This document shows positions 48,222 to 58,659 of a stretch of DNA of 60,069 nt, piece after piece. The DNA comes from Acidobacteriota bacterium. GTDB taxonomy: Bacteria > Acidobacteriota > Vicinamibacteria > Fen-336 > JAGNNV01. Position 1 is the stretch's first letter. The number at the start of each line of letters is the position of its first letter. Under the pieces are notes generated by a model. It saw only the letters and a program-made list of their open reading frames with translations. It was not told where the DNA came from and ran no database searches. A program made the position numbers and the translations under genes. The stretch covers positions 1-60,069 of the forward strand of contig JAQBHL010000257.1 in the NCBI GenBank assembly GCA_032127745.1, given 5' to 3'.

Positions 48222-49499
48222 TCAGGGGAGAGCCGGAGCGGTCGCCAGCTTGCCTCCCGCCACCACCTGCGCGACCGGGTTCTCGCCCACTCTGACGAGG
48301 TCGAGAAGCCGGTCGGTGGCGAGAACGAGCAGATCGGCCCGCTTCCCCACCTCGATGCTTCCGACCTCGTCTTCGAGCCCCAGGCTCGCGGCCCCCCCGA
48401 TGGTGGCGGCGGACAGCGATTCCTCGAGAGACAGGCCCATGCTGAAACAGGCGAGGGCCATGGCGAAGGGCAGGGAGGACGACAGCCCGCCGCCCGGGTT
48501 GGTGTCGGATCCGAGCGCGATGGCGACACCGGCATCGATCATCTTCCGGGCCGGCGCAAACTTCCCGAGCTTCAGAAAGAAGGACGCGGCCGGCATCAGC
48601 GTGGCCACCACCCCGGAGCGCGCTATCGCCTGGATCCCGGCGTCCGAGACCTGAATGAGGTGATCGGCGGAACGGGCCCCCATTTCGGCGGCCAGGGCGG
48701 CTCCACCGGTGTCGGAAAACTCGTCGGCGTGTATTCGGAGGGCCAGACCCGCTGACCGAGCGGCCTGAAGAATCCGGCGGCTTTCGCTCACCGTGAAGAC
48801 GCCCCGCTCGCAGAACACGTCTGCGAAGTCGGCGAGTCCGAGCCGGCCCACTTCAGGAATGGCCTGCTCGATCAGTTCGGAGATATACGCCTCGCGGTCC
48901 GATCGCCGATCAAGCGGGACCTCGTGCGCGCCGAGATACGTCCGGACCACCCGAACCGGATGATCGAGGGCCGCGCGACCGATGGCTTCAAGCGACCTCT
49001 TCTCGGCCTCGATCGAGAGGCCGTAGCCGCTCTTCACCTCGGCCGTGGTGGTGCCCAGGGAGACGAGGCGATCGAGGCGCGACCGGACGAGGCGGGAGAG
49101 ATCTTCAACCGAAGCGGCACGGGTGGCGGTGACCGTCCTGACGATGCCTCCGCCCCGGGCCGAGATTTCTTCATAGGAGGCGCCTTCGAGGCGGGCTCGA
49201 ATCTCGTCATCGCGATCGCCTCCGTAAGCCAGATGCGTATGCGCGTCGACCAGGCCGGGAATCACCGCCGCGCCGCGGGCGTCCAACTCCTGCGCCCTGG
49301 ACGAGGTTCGAATGCCCGCGCCCAGACCGGCGTCCGGTCCCACAAAGACAATGCGGCCCCGCTCACACCCCACGGCCGCGTTGTGGAGGAGGCCAAGGTC
49401 CCGAAGCGCCGAGCCGAGCCGGGGTCGCGATCCCCTGAGGGTCGCCAGCAGTCCGATGTTGCGAATGACCAGGTCTGCTTCGGGGAGTTCGTGGCTCAT
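48222..49499 (-). CDS. hutI: Imidazolonepropionase
   Basis: PGLVDAHTHL, GGGI..TV.ATR, EVKSGYGL, LGAH, DVFCE, HADE, SADHL, GSD.NPG. Confidence 0.94.
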   Translation of the reverse strand: MSHELPEADLVIRNIGLLATLRGSRPRLGSALRDLGLLHNAAVGCERGRIVFVGPDAGLGAGIRTSSRAQELDARGAAVIPGLVDAHTHLAYGGDRDDEIRARLEGASYEEISARGGGIVRTVTATRAASVEDLSRLVRSRLDRLVSLGTTTAEVKSGYGLSIEAEKRSLEAIGRAALDHPVRVVRTYLGAHEVPLDRRSDREAYISELIEQAIPEVGRLGLADFADVFCERGVFTVSESRRILQAARSAGLALRIHADEFSDTGGAALAAEMGARSADHLIQVSDAGIQAIARSGVVATLMPAASFFLKLGKFAPARKMIDAGVAIALGSDTNPGGGLSSSLPFAMALACFSMGLSLEESLSAATIGGAASLGLEDEVGSIEVGKRADLLVLATDRLLDLVRVGENPVAQVVAGGKLATAPALP

Positions 49500-49677
49500 G
49501 ATTCGAGGAGGGGCAAGAAACCGCTGGCCCAGTCCCGGAGATCCTAGTGTCCGGCCTCGGAAATATCCATCAGGCGAAAGAGTCGCGCATCCGAAGCTCC
49601 GAATCCCTCGCGGCTTGCGGGCGGTCTCCAAGGCGTGGCGACTGGCGGGCCGGTCGCTCGCGATACCATCGAGGGCG

Positions 49678-50418
49678 ATGCGACCCTCATTTCTGAATCG
49701 GCCCGTGGCCATCCTCGGTCAGTCCATGCCCATGGCCTCGCTGGTGCTGATCGCCTTCGTCGTGCTGGGGAGCGCGAGTCTGGCCCTGATCAGCCGGATC
49801 GGCGTGCCCGTTCTGAGCCTCAGCACCCTGTCTCCCTTCCTGGTTTTGCGGGGTCAGATCTGGCGACTTTCGACCTGGGCCTTCTTCGAGACGGATGGTC
49901 AGAATCTCGTCTTTGGAGCCTTGATGCTCGGCATCTTCGGTCGCGATCTGGCCTCCTTGTGGGGCGGGGTGCGCTACCTCATCATCTGCCTTGGGGTGGC
50001 GCTCGGAGCGGGTTTCCTCACCACCCTCAGCGGTCTGCTCTGGGACGATGTCTATCGCACCCAATACCTCTCCATCTGGCCGCTCGCCGACGCGCTGATC
50101 GTGGCCTGGGCGATGCTTTTCCCCAGTCGAACGATTCTCTTCATGCTGATGCTGCCCGCTTCGGGCCGGAACCTTTTGTACCTGACCGTGGGCATGAGCC
50201 TCCTGTTCGCGGTCATGTACGGCTTCTCGAACTTTGTGCCCCACTTCCTGGCCATGGCGGTGATGTATGCGTACATCCGCGGGGGCACCCTCGTCTCCGC
50301 CCAGTTGCGCCTCAACCGCCTCCTCAATCCGAGACGAGACGCCCGTTTCAAAGTCGTCGACGGAGGCTGGAACAAGGACGGACCGAGAGGCCCGAGCGGC
50401 TCTGGCTGGGTTCACTGA
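49678..50418 (+). CDS. Rhomboid-like membrane protein (possibly inactive)
   Basis: GQIWRL.TW.F, ..FGRDL...WG, ~6 TMs; no GxSG motif. Confidence 0.7.
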   Translation: MRPSFLNRPVAILGQSMPMASLVLIAFVVLGSASLALISRIGVPVLSLSTLSPFLVLRGQIWRLSTWAFFETDGQNLVFGALMLGIFGRDLASLWGGVRYLIICLGVALGAGFLTTLSGLLWDDVYRTQYLSIWPLADALIVAWAMLFPSRTILFMLMLPASGRNLLYLTVGMSLLFAVMYGFSNFVPHFLAMAVMYAYIRGGTLVSAQLRLNRLLNPRRDARFKVVDGGWNKDGPRGPSGSGWVH

Positions 50419-51132
50419 CTAGATCGGCGACCTCGCCGGGCGCTCGCCGAAGATCGCGGTGCCCACCCTCACGATCGTGGCCCCTTCCTCGATGGCGGCC
50501 TCGAAATCGTGGCTCATGCCCATGGACAGTTCCCCCCGGGCCAGAAGTCCTCGCTCCACGGCCTGGTCCCTGAGGAGGCGAAGGCGGGCGAAGTATGGAC
50601 GAACCTCGTTGGGGTCTTCGAGATAGGGGGGGATGGCCATCAGGCCATCGACGCTGATCCCGTCGGCGGCACGGAGGGTTTGGAGAACGGAGAGGAGGTC
50701 GCGCTCCGGCACTCCCGACTTGGTGGCCTCTCCGGCCAGATCGACCTGAATCAGAACCGGCATGGTCAGACCGCTCTCCTTCGCGGTCCGACTCACTCTG
50801 GCCCCGAGTTCGGCGGAGTCGATCGACTGAATCCGGGACACCGCGGCCACCGCCTTGCGCACCTTGTTCGACTGCAAAACGCCGATGAGTTCGAGGTGAA
50901 GCGGGTCCTCGCCCTGAAGGAGCGGGCCCAGGAGACCCCTCTTCTCTTCGGCCTCCTGAACCCGGTTCTCGCCGAAGAGGCGCTGACCGGCCGCGTAGGC
51001 TTCCTCGATGGCGGCGACGGCATGGAGCTTGCTGACCGCGACCAGACCCACGGTCCCCGGGTCGCGGCCCGCGCGCAGGGTCGCCGCCGTTATGCGTTCG
51101 CGAATGGCGGCGAGACGAGCGGCGATTATCAA
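50419..51132 (-). CDS. yggS: Pyridoxal phosphate homeostasis protein (YggS/PLPBP)
   Basis: LVAVSK, FGENRVQE, IG.LQSNK, GLMAIPP, LSMGMSHDFE.AI.EGAT.VRVG..IFG. Confidence 0.95.
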   Translation of the reverse strand: MIIAARLAAIRERITAATLRAGRDPGTVGLVAVSKLHAVAAIEEAYAAGQRLFGENRVQEAEEKRGLLGPLLQGEDPLHLELIGVLQSNKVRKAVAAVSRIQSIDSAELGARVSRTAKESGLTMPVLIQVDLAGEATKSGVPERDLLSVLQTLRAADGISVDGLMAIPPYLEDPNEVRPYFARLRLLRDQAVERGLLARGELSMGMSHDFEAAIEEGATIVRVGTAIFGERPARSPI

Positions 51133-51147
51133 CGCGAAGAGACGGCG

Positions 51148-52062
51148 CTACTTCTTCTTGAGGGCGGCGAGGAGGCCGTCGGCGGTGGCCTTGTTCTGAT
51201 CGTTCTTCGGACCCAGGGCCAGGTACTTCTCGAGCCGGGTCACGCATTCCTCGGTCCGGCCGCCCTGCAGGGCCGCGGTCGCGAGGTAGTACTGAGCCTC
51301 CGAATTCGACGGATCGGCGGCCTCCACCTTCAAGAACGCCTCGGTGGCTTCGTCATTCTCGCCGTTGTTCAGAAGGGCGAGGGCGAGGTTGAAGAGCTGT
51401 TTCGGATCGCCCCCGGCGGCGCCGCCCGACATCACCTCCACCGCCTTGTCCTTCAAGCCCTGGGCGGCGTAGATGTTCGAGAGCAGCACCCGAGCATCAC
51501 CGTAATCGGCCTTCACTTCAAGCGCCCGCTTCAACGAAGCCTCGGCGGCCGCGTAGTCTTTCTTCTGGAACAGGGCAAACCCCTTGTTGTAGTAGGCCTC
51601 CGAGAGATTGGGGTTCTTCTCGATGATGTCGTCGAAAGCGGCAATGGCGCCATCCATGTCGCCCGCCTGCAACTTTGCCACCGCGGCGCCAAAGATCGTC
51701 TTCAGGTCCTCGCCAGGGCCCAAGCCTCCTCCCGCGCCCGCCGGGATCAGTTGCATGTCGGGCAGGGCGGTCGCGGATCCGAGCGAGATCCGATAGGGGG
51801 ATACGAACGGACCGAATCCTTCCTTGGTGTAGGTGAACTTCCAAGTCCCCGGGCGAAGGCCTATCTGGATGAACTCGCCCTTCTTGTTTGTCTTGGTGTC
51901 GAAGGTGAGGGTAATCCCGCCCTCGAACTCCATCTTCACCGCAACGCCTTCCAGGGGCTTGCCCTTGTCGTCCAGGATCTTGCCCCGGACGCCTCCGGTT
52001 TGAGCGAAGGCCATGGATCCGGAAACCAGCAGAACCGCCAGGGCGGTCAGAGGACGCTTCAT
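51148..52062 (-). CDS. Exported carboxypeptidase-regulatory-like + TPR protein
   Basis: Signal peptide, GKILD.KG.PL.G..V, TNKKGEF, then TPRs; ATG 52062 after AGGAG. Confidence 0.85.
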   Translation of the reverse strand: MKRPLTALAVLLVSGSMAFAQTGGVRGKILDDKGKPLEGVAVKMEFEGGITLTFDTKTNKKGEFIQIGLRPGTWKFTYTKEGFGPFVSPYRISLGSATALPDMQLIPAGAGGGLGPGEDLKTIFGAAVAKLQAGDMDGAIAAFDDIIEKNPNLSEAYYNKGFALFQKKDYAAAEASLKRALEVKADYGDARVLLSNIYAAQGLKDKAVEVMSGGAAGGDPKQLFNLALALLNNGENDEATEAFLKVEAADPSNSEAQYYLATAALQGGRTEECVTRLEKYLALGPKNDQNKATADGLLAALKKK

Positions 52063-52105
52063 ATGATTTCTCCTATTCGAAACTTTGGACGAGTCTCCGG
52101 CTATT

Positions 52106-52810
52106 TTAGGCGGATTCTGGAGCGCGATAGCGGATCGGATCGGTCGAGCCAACTTTTGCAAAGGCGGCCAGCCGGAGCCGGCAGCTTTCGCACTCCCCGC
52201 ACGCCTCGCCATTCGATTCGTAGCACGACCAGGTGAGTTCGAACGGCACGGCCAGACCGAGGCCTTCCTTGATGATGTCCGCCTTGCTCATGGTGATCAC
52301 CGGCGTTTCAATGACGACTCTCGTGTCGGCGCGGGTGCCCAGCCGAATCGCTTCCGCGAAGGCCTGAAAGAACGCGGGACGACAGTCCGGATACCCCGAG
52401 GAATCCGCCTCGACCGCGCCCACGAAGATCCTGGTCGCCCCGATGACTTCAGCCCAGCTCGTGGCCGCGGCCAGAAGATGGGCGTTCCGGAAGGGCACGT
52501 AGGAACTGGGCACCACTCCCTCCTCCGGATCTCCGTGGCGCACCGCGATCGACAGGTCGGTCAGACTGCTTCCGCCGATCTGCCGAAGCGAGGTGAAGTC
52601 CACCACCAACCGGCGCTCGGGCTCGATCCCAAATCGATCGGCGAGGGCCAGGAAGCTCGAGAGTTCGCGGGCTTCGGTCCGCTGCCCGTAGTTGGCGTGA
52701 AGGACGGCGATTTCGTGGACCTTTCGGGCGAGAGCCGCAGTCACGGCCGAATCCATGCCTCCGGACAGGCAGACCACGGCGAGGGGACGGGAAGAAGACG
52801 AGGGGCTCAT
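52106..52810 (-). CDS. queC: 7-cyano-7-deazaguanine synthase
   Basis: SGGMDS, YGQR, YVPFRN, YPDC, TWSCY...CGECESC.LR. Confidence 0.95.
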   Translation of the reverse strand: MSPSSSSRPLAVVCLSGGMDSAVTAALARKVHEIAVLHANYGQRTEARELSSFLALADRFGIEPERRLVVDFTSLRQIGGSSLTDLSIAVRHGDPEEGVVPSSYVPFRNAHLLAAATSWAEVIGATRIFVGAVEADSSGYPDCRPAFFQAFAEAIRLGTRADTRVVIETPVITMSKADIIKEGLGLAVPFELTWSCYESNGEACGECESCRLRLAAFAKVGSTDPIRYRAPESA

Positions 52811-52836
52811 GGTTGGATCAGCGGGTGCTTTCGACT

Positions 52837-54039
52837 CTAGACAGACACGGCCGTCCTCACGCCCAGCGGACGGGCCGCATTATCCCGCTCAAATCGTTCC
52901 CGGGCCCAGTTGAAGTACGGAAGCGACAGGGCGGAGAGGAGGGTGGCGGCTCCGAAGGCCACCCCGAAGCCGAAGCGGTGGACCAGGATGCCGGACAGGA
53001 TCGAGCCGGTGCCAATGCCCACGTCGAAGGCGGCCAGGATCCCTCCAAAGGCCCCGCCCCGGCCGCGCTCGTCGACCCGGCCCATGATGTAGGCGGTGAA
53101 GGCAGGATGGCAGTTACCGTAGGCGAGGCCAAAGACCATGGCCGAAACCACCATCACCGGCCGGCTGTGGGCAACGCAGAGAAGGGCGAGACCCACCGGG
53201 ATCATGGCCACGAAAACCCTGAACATGCGCGCGTGACCCAGCCGATCGAGGAAGGGCGAGAGCACCGGGCGGGAGAGAAAGGTCGTGAAGGCCATGGTGG
53301 TGAGGAAGACCTCCCTGGGGGCGATCCCGCGCGCTTCCGCGGCCAGCGCGGCGAAAGAGGTGACGGCGCCGAACCCGAACGAGTAGAGGAACAGGGAGAG
53401 GGAGATCCGCAGCACGCTGAAATTGAGCGAGCGGGTCAGGTCCCGGGAGGTCGGCCAGCCGGGAAGGCTTTGGTGGCGATCCTCGATCGACCAGACGATG
53501 ATTCCCATGACCACGTTCATGACCGCCACGGAGAGACACAGAGCCAGCCAGCCGTGCTCGTAGATCGCGAAGCCGACGGTGGGAGCCACGGTGACGGCGA
53601 GGAGCGCGGCCATTCCCCAGTAACCCAGGCCCTCGGCGCGACGGGCCGGCGGTATCACGCTGGTGACGTGGGCGGAGGAGGCGAGGAGCAGACCGGACCA
53701 GAAGATTCCATGCAGGGTCACGAAGACGAGGCGCGGCAGATTGGAAAGGACGCCGTAGAGCAAAACGCACAGGACGATCCCGACCGCGCAGATGATCAAC
53801 TGCTTCCGCCGGCCGATGTGATCGGACAAAGCACCGGTGAAGAGGGCGGAAAGACCGGACGAGTAGGTGAGGAGTCCCATGAACAGCCCGGCTTCCGTCT
53901 CCGTCCCGCCCTCGGCCAACACCTGAAAAGGCACCACGGGGAGAAGCATGAACAGGGAAAGGAACACCGCGAACGAGAACGCCCACATGGTGATGAACGG
54001 CCCGGTGAAAAGGGGCTCTTTGGCGGCGGCGGCGGTCAT
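52837..54039 (-). CDS. MFS transporter
   Basis: 12 TM pattern; G.LSD.IGRR motif A and DRLG repeat. Confidence 0.9.
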   Translation of the reverse strand: MTAAAAKEPLFTGPFITMWAFSFAVFLSLFMLLPVVPFQVLAEGGTETEAGLFMGLLTYSSGLSALFTGALSDHIGRRKQLIICAVGIVLCVLLYGVLSNLPRLVFVTLHGIFWSGLLLASSAHVTSVIPPARRAEGLGYWGMAALLAVTVAPTVGFAIYEHGWLALCLSVAVMNVVMGIIVWSIEDRHQSLPGWPTSRDLTRSLNFSVLRISLSLFLYSFGFGAVTSFAALAAEARGIAPREVFLTTMAFTTFLSRPVLSPFLDRLGHARMFRVFVAMIPVGLALLCVAHSRPVMVVSAMVFGLAYGNCHPAFTAYIMGRVDERGRGGAFGGILAAFDVGIGTGSILSGILVHRFGFGVAFGAATLLSALSLPYFNWARERFERDNAARPLGVRTAVSV

Positions 54040-54074
54040 GAGAAGGACCGCGGAGTCTATGCCAGCAGCTGCCT

Positions 54075-55451
54075 CTAGAAGATAATCTGCAGGGCCTCGT
54101 CCAGGGTGCGCACCGCGTGGATCCTGAGCGATGAGGGAAACTCGGCGGTGGAAATCGAGCCCCCGGCGGCGGGAATGACGCAGCGCTCGAAGCCCATCTG
54201 AGCCACCTCCCGAAGCCGGAGCGCGGCCTGACCCGCGGACCTCAGTTCGCCGCCCAGACCGATCTCGCCGAACACCGCGGTCTTCTCGGGCACGGGCTTG
54301 TTGGTGAAGGACGAGATAACCGCGGCCGCGATGCCCAGATCGACCGCGGGCTCTTCCACCTCGAGACCGCCCACCACACTGACGTGAACGTCCTGGTCGG
54401 CCAGGGGGTAACCCGCCCGCTTCTCGAGAACCGCAAGCAGGAGCGAGGTTCGATCACGGTCGAGTCCGAGGGCCATGCGACGAGGCGATCCAAAGGAGGC
54501 GCTGGTGACCAGGGCCTGGACCTCGACCAGCATGGTCCTCGTTCCTTCAACCGTGGCCACCACCGCCGAGCCCGGAGAGCCGGCGAGCCGCTCGGAGAGA
54601 AAGAGCGCCGAGGGGTTCGAGACCGGAATCAGACCGGCGCCGGTCATTTCGAACACGCCGAGTTCGCTCACCGACCCGAACCGGTTCTTCACCGCGCGCA
54701 CCACGCGATGGTGGTGGTTCTTCTGACCCTCGAAATAGAGAACGGTGTCGACGATGTGCTCGAGGGACTTGGGACCGGCGAGCGACCCGTCCTTGGTGAC
54801 GTGTCCGATGATGAAGGTGGTGATGCCCCGCGCCTTGGCCAGGAAGAGGAGTTGCATCGCCACCTCCCGGACCTGCGATATGGAGCCGGGGGCGGACGCG
54901 AACTTGGACGAATAGATGGTCTGGACGGAATCGATGACCAGCGAGGACGGCTTCATCACGTCGACCTGCTCAAGGATGTTTTCCAGCGAGGTCTCGGACA
55001 TCAGGAACAGGGCGCCTCCGGTCAGCCCCAGACGGTCGCCGCGGAGCTTGATCTGCCGCTCCGACTCCTCGCCGGAAACATAGAGAACGGCGCCTCCGGA
55101 GCGGGCGAGCAACTGCGCCACCTGAAGGAGGAGCGTGCTCTTGCCGATGCCCGGTTCGCCGCCGATCAGCACCAGCGATCCGGGGACCACGCCGCCGCCG
55201 AGGACGCGATCGAACTCGCCGATGCCGGAGGGAAAGCGCGGCGCATCGCCCGCGTCCACCATGTCGTAGGGCTTGGGCCGGGCCAGCGTTTCTGAAAGAA
55301 CGCGCTGCTGCTTCGCCGCCTTGGCGCTCAGGATCTCCTCGCGTTCTTCGACAAACGTATTCCAGTCGCCGCACTCGGGACAGCGGCCCAGCCACTTCGA
55401 GCTCTGGAAACCGCAGGCCTGGCAAACAAAAACGGATCTGAATTTGGTCAT
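54075..55451 (-). CDS. radA: DNA repair protein RadA/Sms
   Basis: CQACG...CPECG zinc finger, GEPGIGKST, KNRFG, Lon-like C-terminus. Confidence 0.97.
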   Translation of the reverse strand: MTKFRSVFVCQACGFQSSKWLGRCPECGDWNTFVEEREEILSAKAAKQQRVLSETLARPKPYDMVDAGDAPRFPSGIGEFDRVLGGGVVPGSLVLIGGEPGIGKSTLLLQVAQLLARSGGAVLYVSGEESERQIKLRGDRLGLTGGALFLMSETSLENILEQVDVMKPSSLVIDSVQTIYSSKFASAPGSISQVREVAMQLLFLAKARGITTFIIGHVTKDGSLAGPKSLEHIVDTVLYFEGQKNHHHRVVRAVKNRFGSVSELGVFEMTGAGLIPVSNPSALFLSERLAGSPGSAVVATVEGTRTMLVEVQALVTSASFGSPRRMALGLDRDRTSLLLAVLEKRAGYPLADQDVHVSVVGGLEVEEPAVDLGIAAAVISSFTNKPVPEKTAVFGEIGLGGELRSAGQAALRLREVAQMGFERCVIPAAGGSISTAEFPSSLRIHAVRTLDEALQIIF

Positions 55452-55497
55452 TTTCTGGTTTCGGCCCCGGGCGGTGTGCTCCTCAAGATAAACGCCT

Positions 55498-58400
55498 TCA
55501 CCGGAAACTCCGCACCGGAATCTCCGGAAGGGCCTCTTCCGGCTCTTCGTGAATAAGGCGCACGTTCATGGCCCTCACCGTGACTCCTTCTTTGGCCTGA
55601 AGCACGCCGTCCACTCGAAGGAGCGGGGCATCGATGAGCAGCTTCCGGAACCGGTCGAACTGATCGGGACGCACGATGACGTTGACGAGACCGGTCTCGT
55701 CCTCGAGGGTCAGGAACAAGAAGCCCTTGGCCGTGCCCGGGCGCTGGCGGCAGATCACCGCACCCGCCACCCGGACGAAATCGCCGTCGCGCCGATACGG
55801 AAGATCGACCGCGCGCAGGACGTCCGCCTCCCGCAGCAGGTCGCGGAACCGGGCCACCGGATGGGGACCGATGGTGAGATCGGTGCCGGTGATATCCGCG
55901 CGCAGGCGGTCGAGAGTCGACATCGGGGGCAATGGCGAGATTGCTTCGTGCCCCAAGGGCAGGCGGGCGGGCTCGGATGCAATTCCTTGCCCTCCTCGCC
56001 ATGACGGCGCGGGGTCGATGTCGATGGTCGCTTCGAACAAGGGCCCGACCGTCCGGCCCAGCGTCGCCACCTGCCACAAAGCGTCGCGACGCGTCCGATC
56101 GAAAGGAGCGAAAGCGCCGATCGAAGCCAGGCGTTCCAGTTCGTCGGCGTGCAGTTTCGTACGCCGGGCGAAGTCTTCGATGGAAGCAAATGGCCGCCGG
56201 ATCCGCTCCTCGACGATGGAGCCCGCGGCCGGGGCGCGCAGGCTGGTGACGTAATTGAAGCCCAGCCGGAGTCGCCCGCTCTCCAGAGTGCAGATCACAT
56301 CGCTCCGGGTGACATCGACGGGCAGGAACTTCACACCGTGGCGCTGCGCGTCCTTCACCAGAGTCATCGGATGGTAGAAGCCCATGGGCTGGTTGTTGAG
56401 CAGGGCGCAGACGAAGGCCGCGTGATGATGGGCGCGCAGGTAGGCGCTCGCATAGGCGATAAGGGCGAAGCTCGCGGCATGCGACTCGGGAAAGCCATAG
56501 AGGGCGAAGGACGCGATGGACTTGACGATCTGGTCCTGAACGTGGTCTTGAATGCCGTTCCTCCCCATTCCCGCGCGCAGCTTGGCCTCGATCTCGGCCA
56601 TGCGCTTCTCGGACCGCTTGAAACCCATGGCGCGACGAAGTTCCTCGGCCTCGCCTCCGGTGAAACCGGCCACGGTCATGGCCATGCGCAGAAGCTGCTC
56701 CTGGAACAAGGGCACGCCCAGGGTTCGTTTCAGAATGGGTTCCAGCGAAGGATGCGGATACTCAACCGGCTTCCGGCCGGCGCGCCGGTCGAGATACGGA
56801 TGGACCATCTGACCCACGATGGGCCCGGGGCGGATGATGGCCACCTCGACCACCAGGTCGTAGAAACGCTCGGGCTTCATCCGCGGGAGGGTCGCCATCT
56901 GGGCCCGGCTTTCCACCTGAAAGACGCCCACGGTGTCGGCGGCGCGCAGCATGGCGTAGGTTTTCGGATCATCGGGCGGCAGGTGAGCGAGATCGATGTC
57001 GACGCCGGTGCTCGACAGGATGGAGATGGTGTCCTGCAGGGCCGCCATCATGCCGAGGCCGAGCAGATCGACCTTGATGATGCCGAGGTCGGCGCAGTCT
57101 TCCTTGTCCCACTGGACGATGGTGCGGCCCGGCATCGACGCGGGCTGGAGCGGCACCACCTCGTCGAGCCGGCCCTGGGCCACGATCATGCCGCCCGAAT
57201 GCTGACCGAGGTGGCGCGGCAGATCCTGGATGTCGTGGAACAATCGGGCGAAGACCTTGAGCCGAAGGTCGTCAGGGTCCACCCCCGCCCGTTTGAGGCG
57301 GGCGTCGAAGGTGTCTTTGGTGTCGTGCCATTCGAACCGCCGCATCTGCCGCGAGACCTCGTCGATCATCTCGTCGGGCAGTTCCAGCACTTTGCCGATC
57401 TCGCGCGACGCGCTCTTCTCGCGATAGGTGATGACGTTGGCGGTCATGGCCGCGCCGTGCGGTCCGTACTTCGCGTAGACATGCTGGATGACCTTCTCGC
57501 GCCGATCGCCGGAGGGCAGGTCGATATCGATGTCGGGCCACTCTCCGCGCTCCTCGGAAAGAAAGCGCTCGAACAGCAGTTCCATGCCCACCGGATCGAC
57601 GGCGGTGATGCCGAGGCTGTAGCAGACGGCGCTGTTCGCGGCCGACCCGCGGCCCTGGGCCAGAATCCCCTCGGCCCGGCAGAACTGCATGAGATCCCAG
57701 ACGATGAGGAAGTAACCGGCGAGACCCAGTTTAGCAATGACCGTGAGCTCCTTCTCGATCTGGGCGCGCGCGCGATCGTGATACGGCCGATAACGGTCAT
57801 GAGCGCCCGCTTCGGCGATGGCGCGCAGGAATGAATCACTGGTTTCTCCCGGCGGCAGCGGGTAGTCGGGAAAGCGATAGCCCAGATCGTCGAGAGTGAA
57901 GCGCAGCCGGTCGGCCAGAGCCTCGGTGTTTCGAAGAACATCGGGACGATCGGCGAAGAGCGACTGCATGTCGGCCGGCTTTTTGAGATGGCGCTCGGCG
58001 TTCTCCGAAAGGAGCCGGCCCGCCCGGGACAGGGTGGTGTGATGGCGGAGGCAGGTGAAGACGTCGACCAGCCGGCGACCCTCGGGTCGCGCATGCACAA
58101 CGCCGTTGGTGGCGACGGCCTGAAGGCCGCGCGCCTCCGCCAGGTCGAGAGCGCTGAGCGAATCGCGGTGGCTCCTCCGCGTGAGATGCCGCTGAACTTC
58201 GACGAACGTCCGGCTTTTGCCGAAGAGCGGGAGAAGCGAATCGACCACCTCCGGCTGAGAGGAGAGAGCCACGAGGCCCTTCAACGAATCAGGATCATCC
58301 AGACCTGGACCGGGGAGGCCAGACTCACACAAGCCACGACCAGAAAGGCCCGGCGCCCCTGATCCGGCCCGTGAAGTCAGGAGGCGACTTAAGTTCCGGT

Positions 58401-58659
58401 ACCCCTCGCGACTCTCCACCAGAAGGGTCACGAACGAGTCTCCCCCCGGCCTCGTCAAGGACACCTCGGCGCCAACCACGGGACGAACTCCGGCCTTCTT
58501 CGCGGCCTGGAAAAACCGCGGGGCGCCGGCCAGGCCGTCTCGATCGGCGAGACCGGCCACACCGTGACCCATCCGGGCGGCCTGAGCCACGAGCTCCTCG
58601 GGGCTCGAAGAGCCTCTGAGAAAAGAGAAAGCGGATGCCGCATGAAGCTCGCAGTACAT
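55498..58659 (-). CDS. dnaE2: Error-prone DNA polymerase DnaE2 (ImuC)
   Basis: Y.ELH..S.FSFL.G.S.PEEL, GRGSAANS, PDIDID, GFPESHAASFA, RQRPGTAKG..F.TLEDETG, C-terminal SFR; ATG 58659. Confidence 0.95.
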   Translation of the reverse strand: MYCELHAASAFSFLRGSSSPEELVAQAARMGHGVAGLADRDGLAGAPRFFQAAKKAGVRPVVGAEVSLTRPGGDSFVTLLVESREGYRNLSRLLTSRAGSGAPGLSGRGLCESGLPGPGLDDPDSLKGLVALSSQPEVVDSLLPLFGKSRTFVEVQRHLTRRSHRDSLSALDLAEARGLQAVATNGVVHARPEGRRLVDVFTCLRHHTTLSRAGRLLSENAERHLKKPADMQSLFADRPDVLRNTEALADRLRFTLDDLGYRFPDYPLPPGETSDSFLRAIAEAGAHDRYRPYHDRARAQIEKELTVIAKLGLAGYFLIVWDLMQFCRAEGILAQGRGSAANSAVCYSLGITAVDPVGMELLFERFLSEERGEWPDIDIDLPSGDRREKVIQHVYAKYGPHGAAMTANVITYREKSASREIGKVLELPDEMIDEVSRQMRRFEWHDTKDTFDARLKRAGVDPDDLRLKVFARLFHDIQDLPRHLGQHSGGMIVAQGRLDEVVPLQPASMPGRTIVQWDKEDCADLGIIKVDLLGLGMMAALQDTISILSSTGVDIDLAHLPPDDPKTYAMLRAADTVGVFQVESRAQMATLPRMKPERFYDLVVEVAIIRPGPIVGQMVHPYLDRRAGRKPVEYPHPSLEPILKRTLGVPLFQEQLLRMAMTVAGFTGGEAEELRRAMGFKRSEKRMAEIEAKLRAGMGRNGIQDHVQDQIVKSIASFALYGFPESHAASFALIAYASAYLRAHHHAAFVCALLNNQPMGFYHPMTLVKDAQRHGVKFLPVDVTRSDVICTLESGRLRLGFNYVTSLRAPAAGSIVEERIRRPFASIEDFARRTKLHADELERLASIGAFAPFDRTRRDALWQVATLGRTVGPLFEATIDIDPAPSWRGGQGIASEPARLPLGHEAISPLPPMSTLDRLRADITGTDLTIGPHPVARFRDLLREADVLRAVDLPYRRDGDFVRVAGAVICRQRPGTAKGFLFLTLEDETGLVNVIVRPDQFDRFRKLLIDAPLLRVDGVLQAKEGVTVRAMNVRLIHEEPEEALPEIPVRSFR

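Noticed and set aside
52106-52810. queC/queF as an anti-phage (Qat, CBASS type IV, Dpd) system
   Set aside because: Both look like canonical-length housekeeping enzymes; no dpdA/tgt-like, qatA/B/D or cyclase genes in the window.
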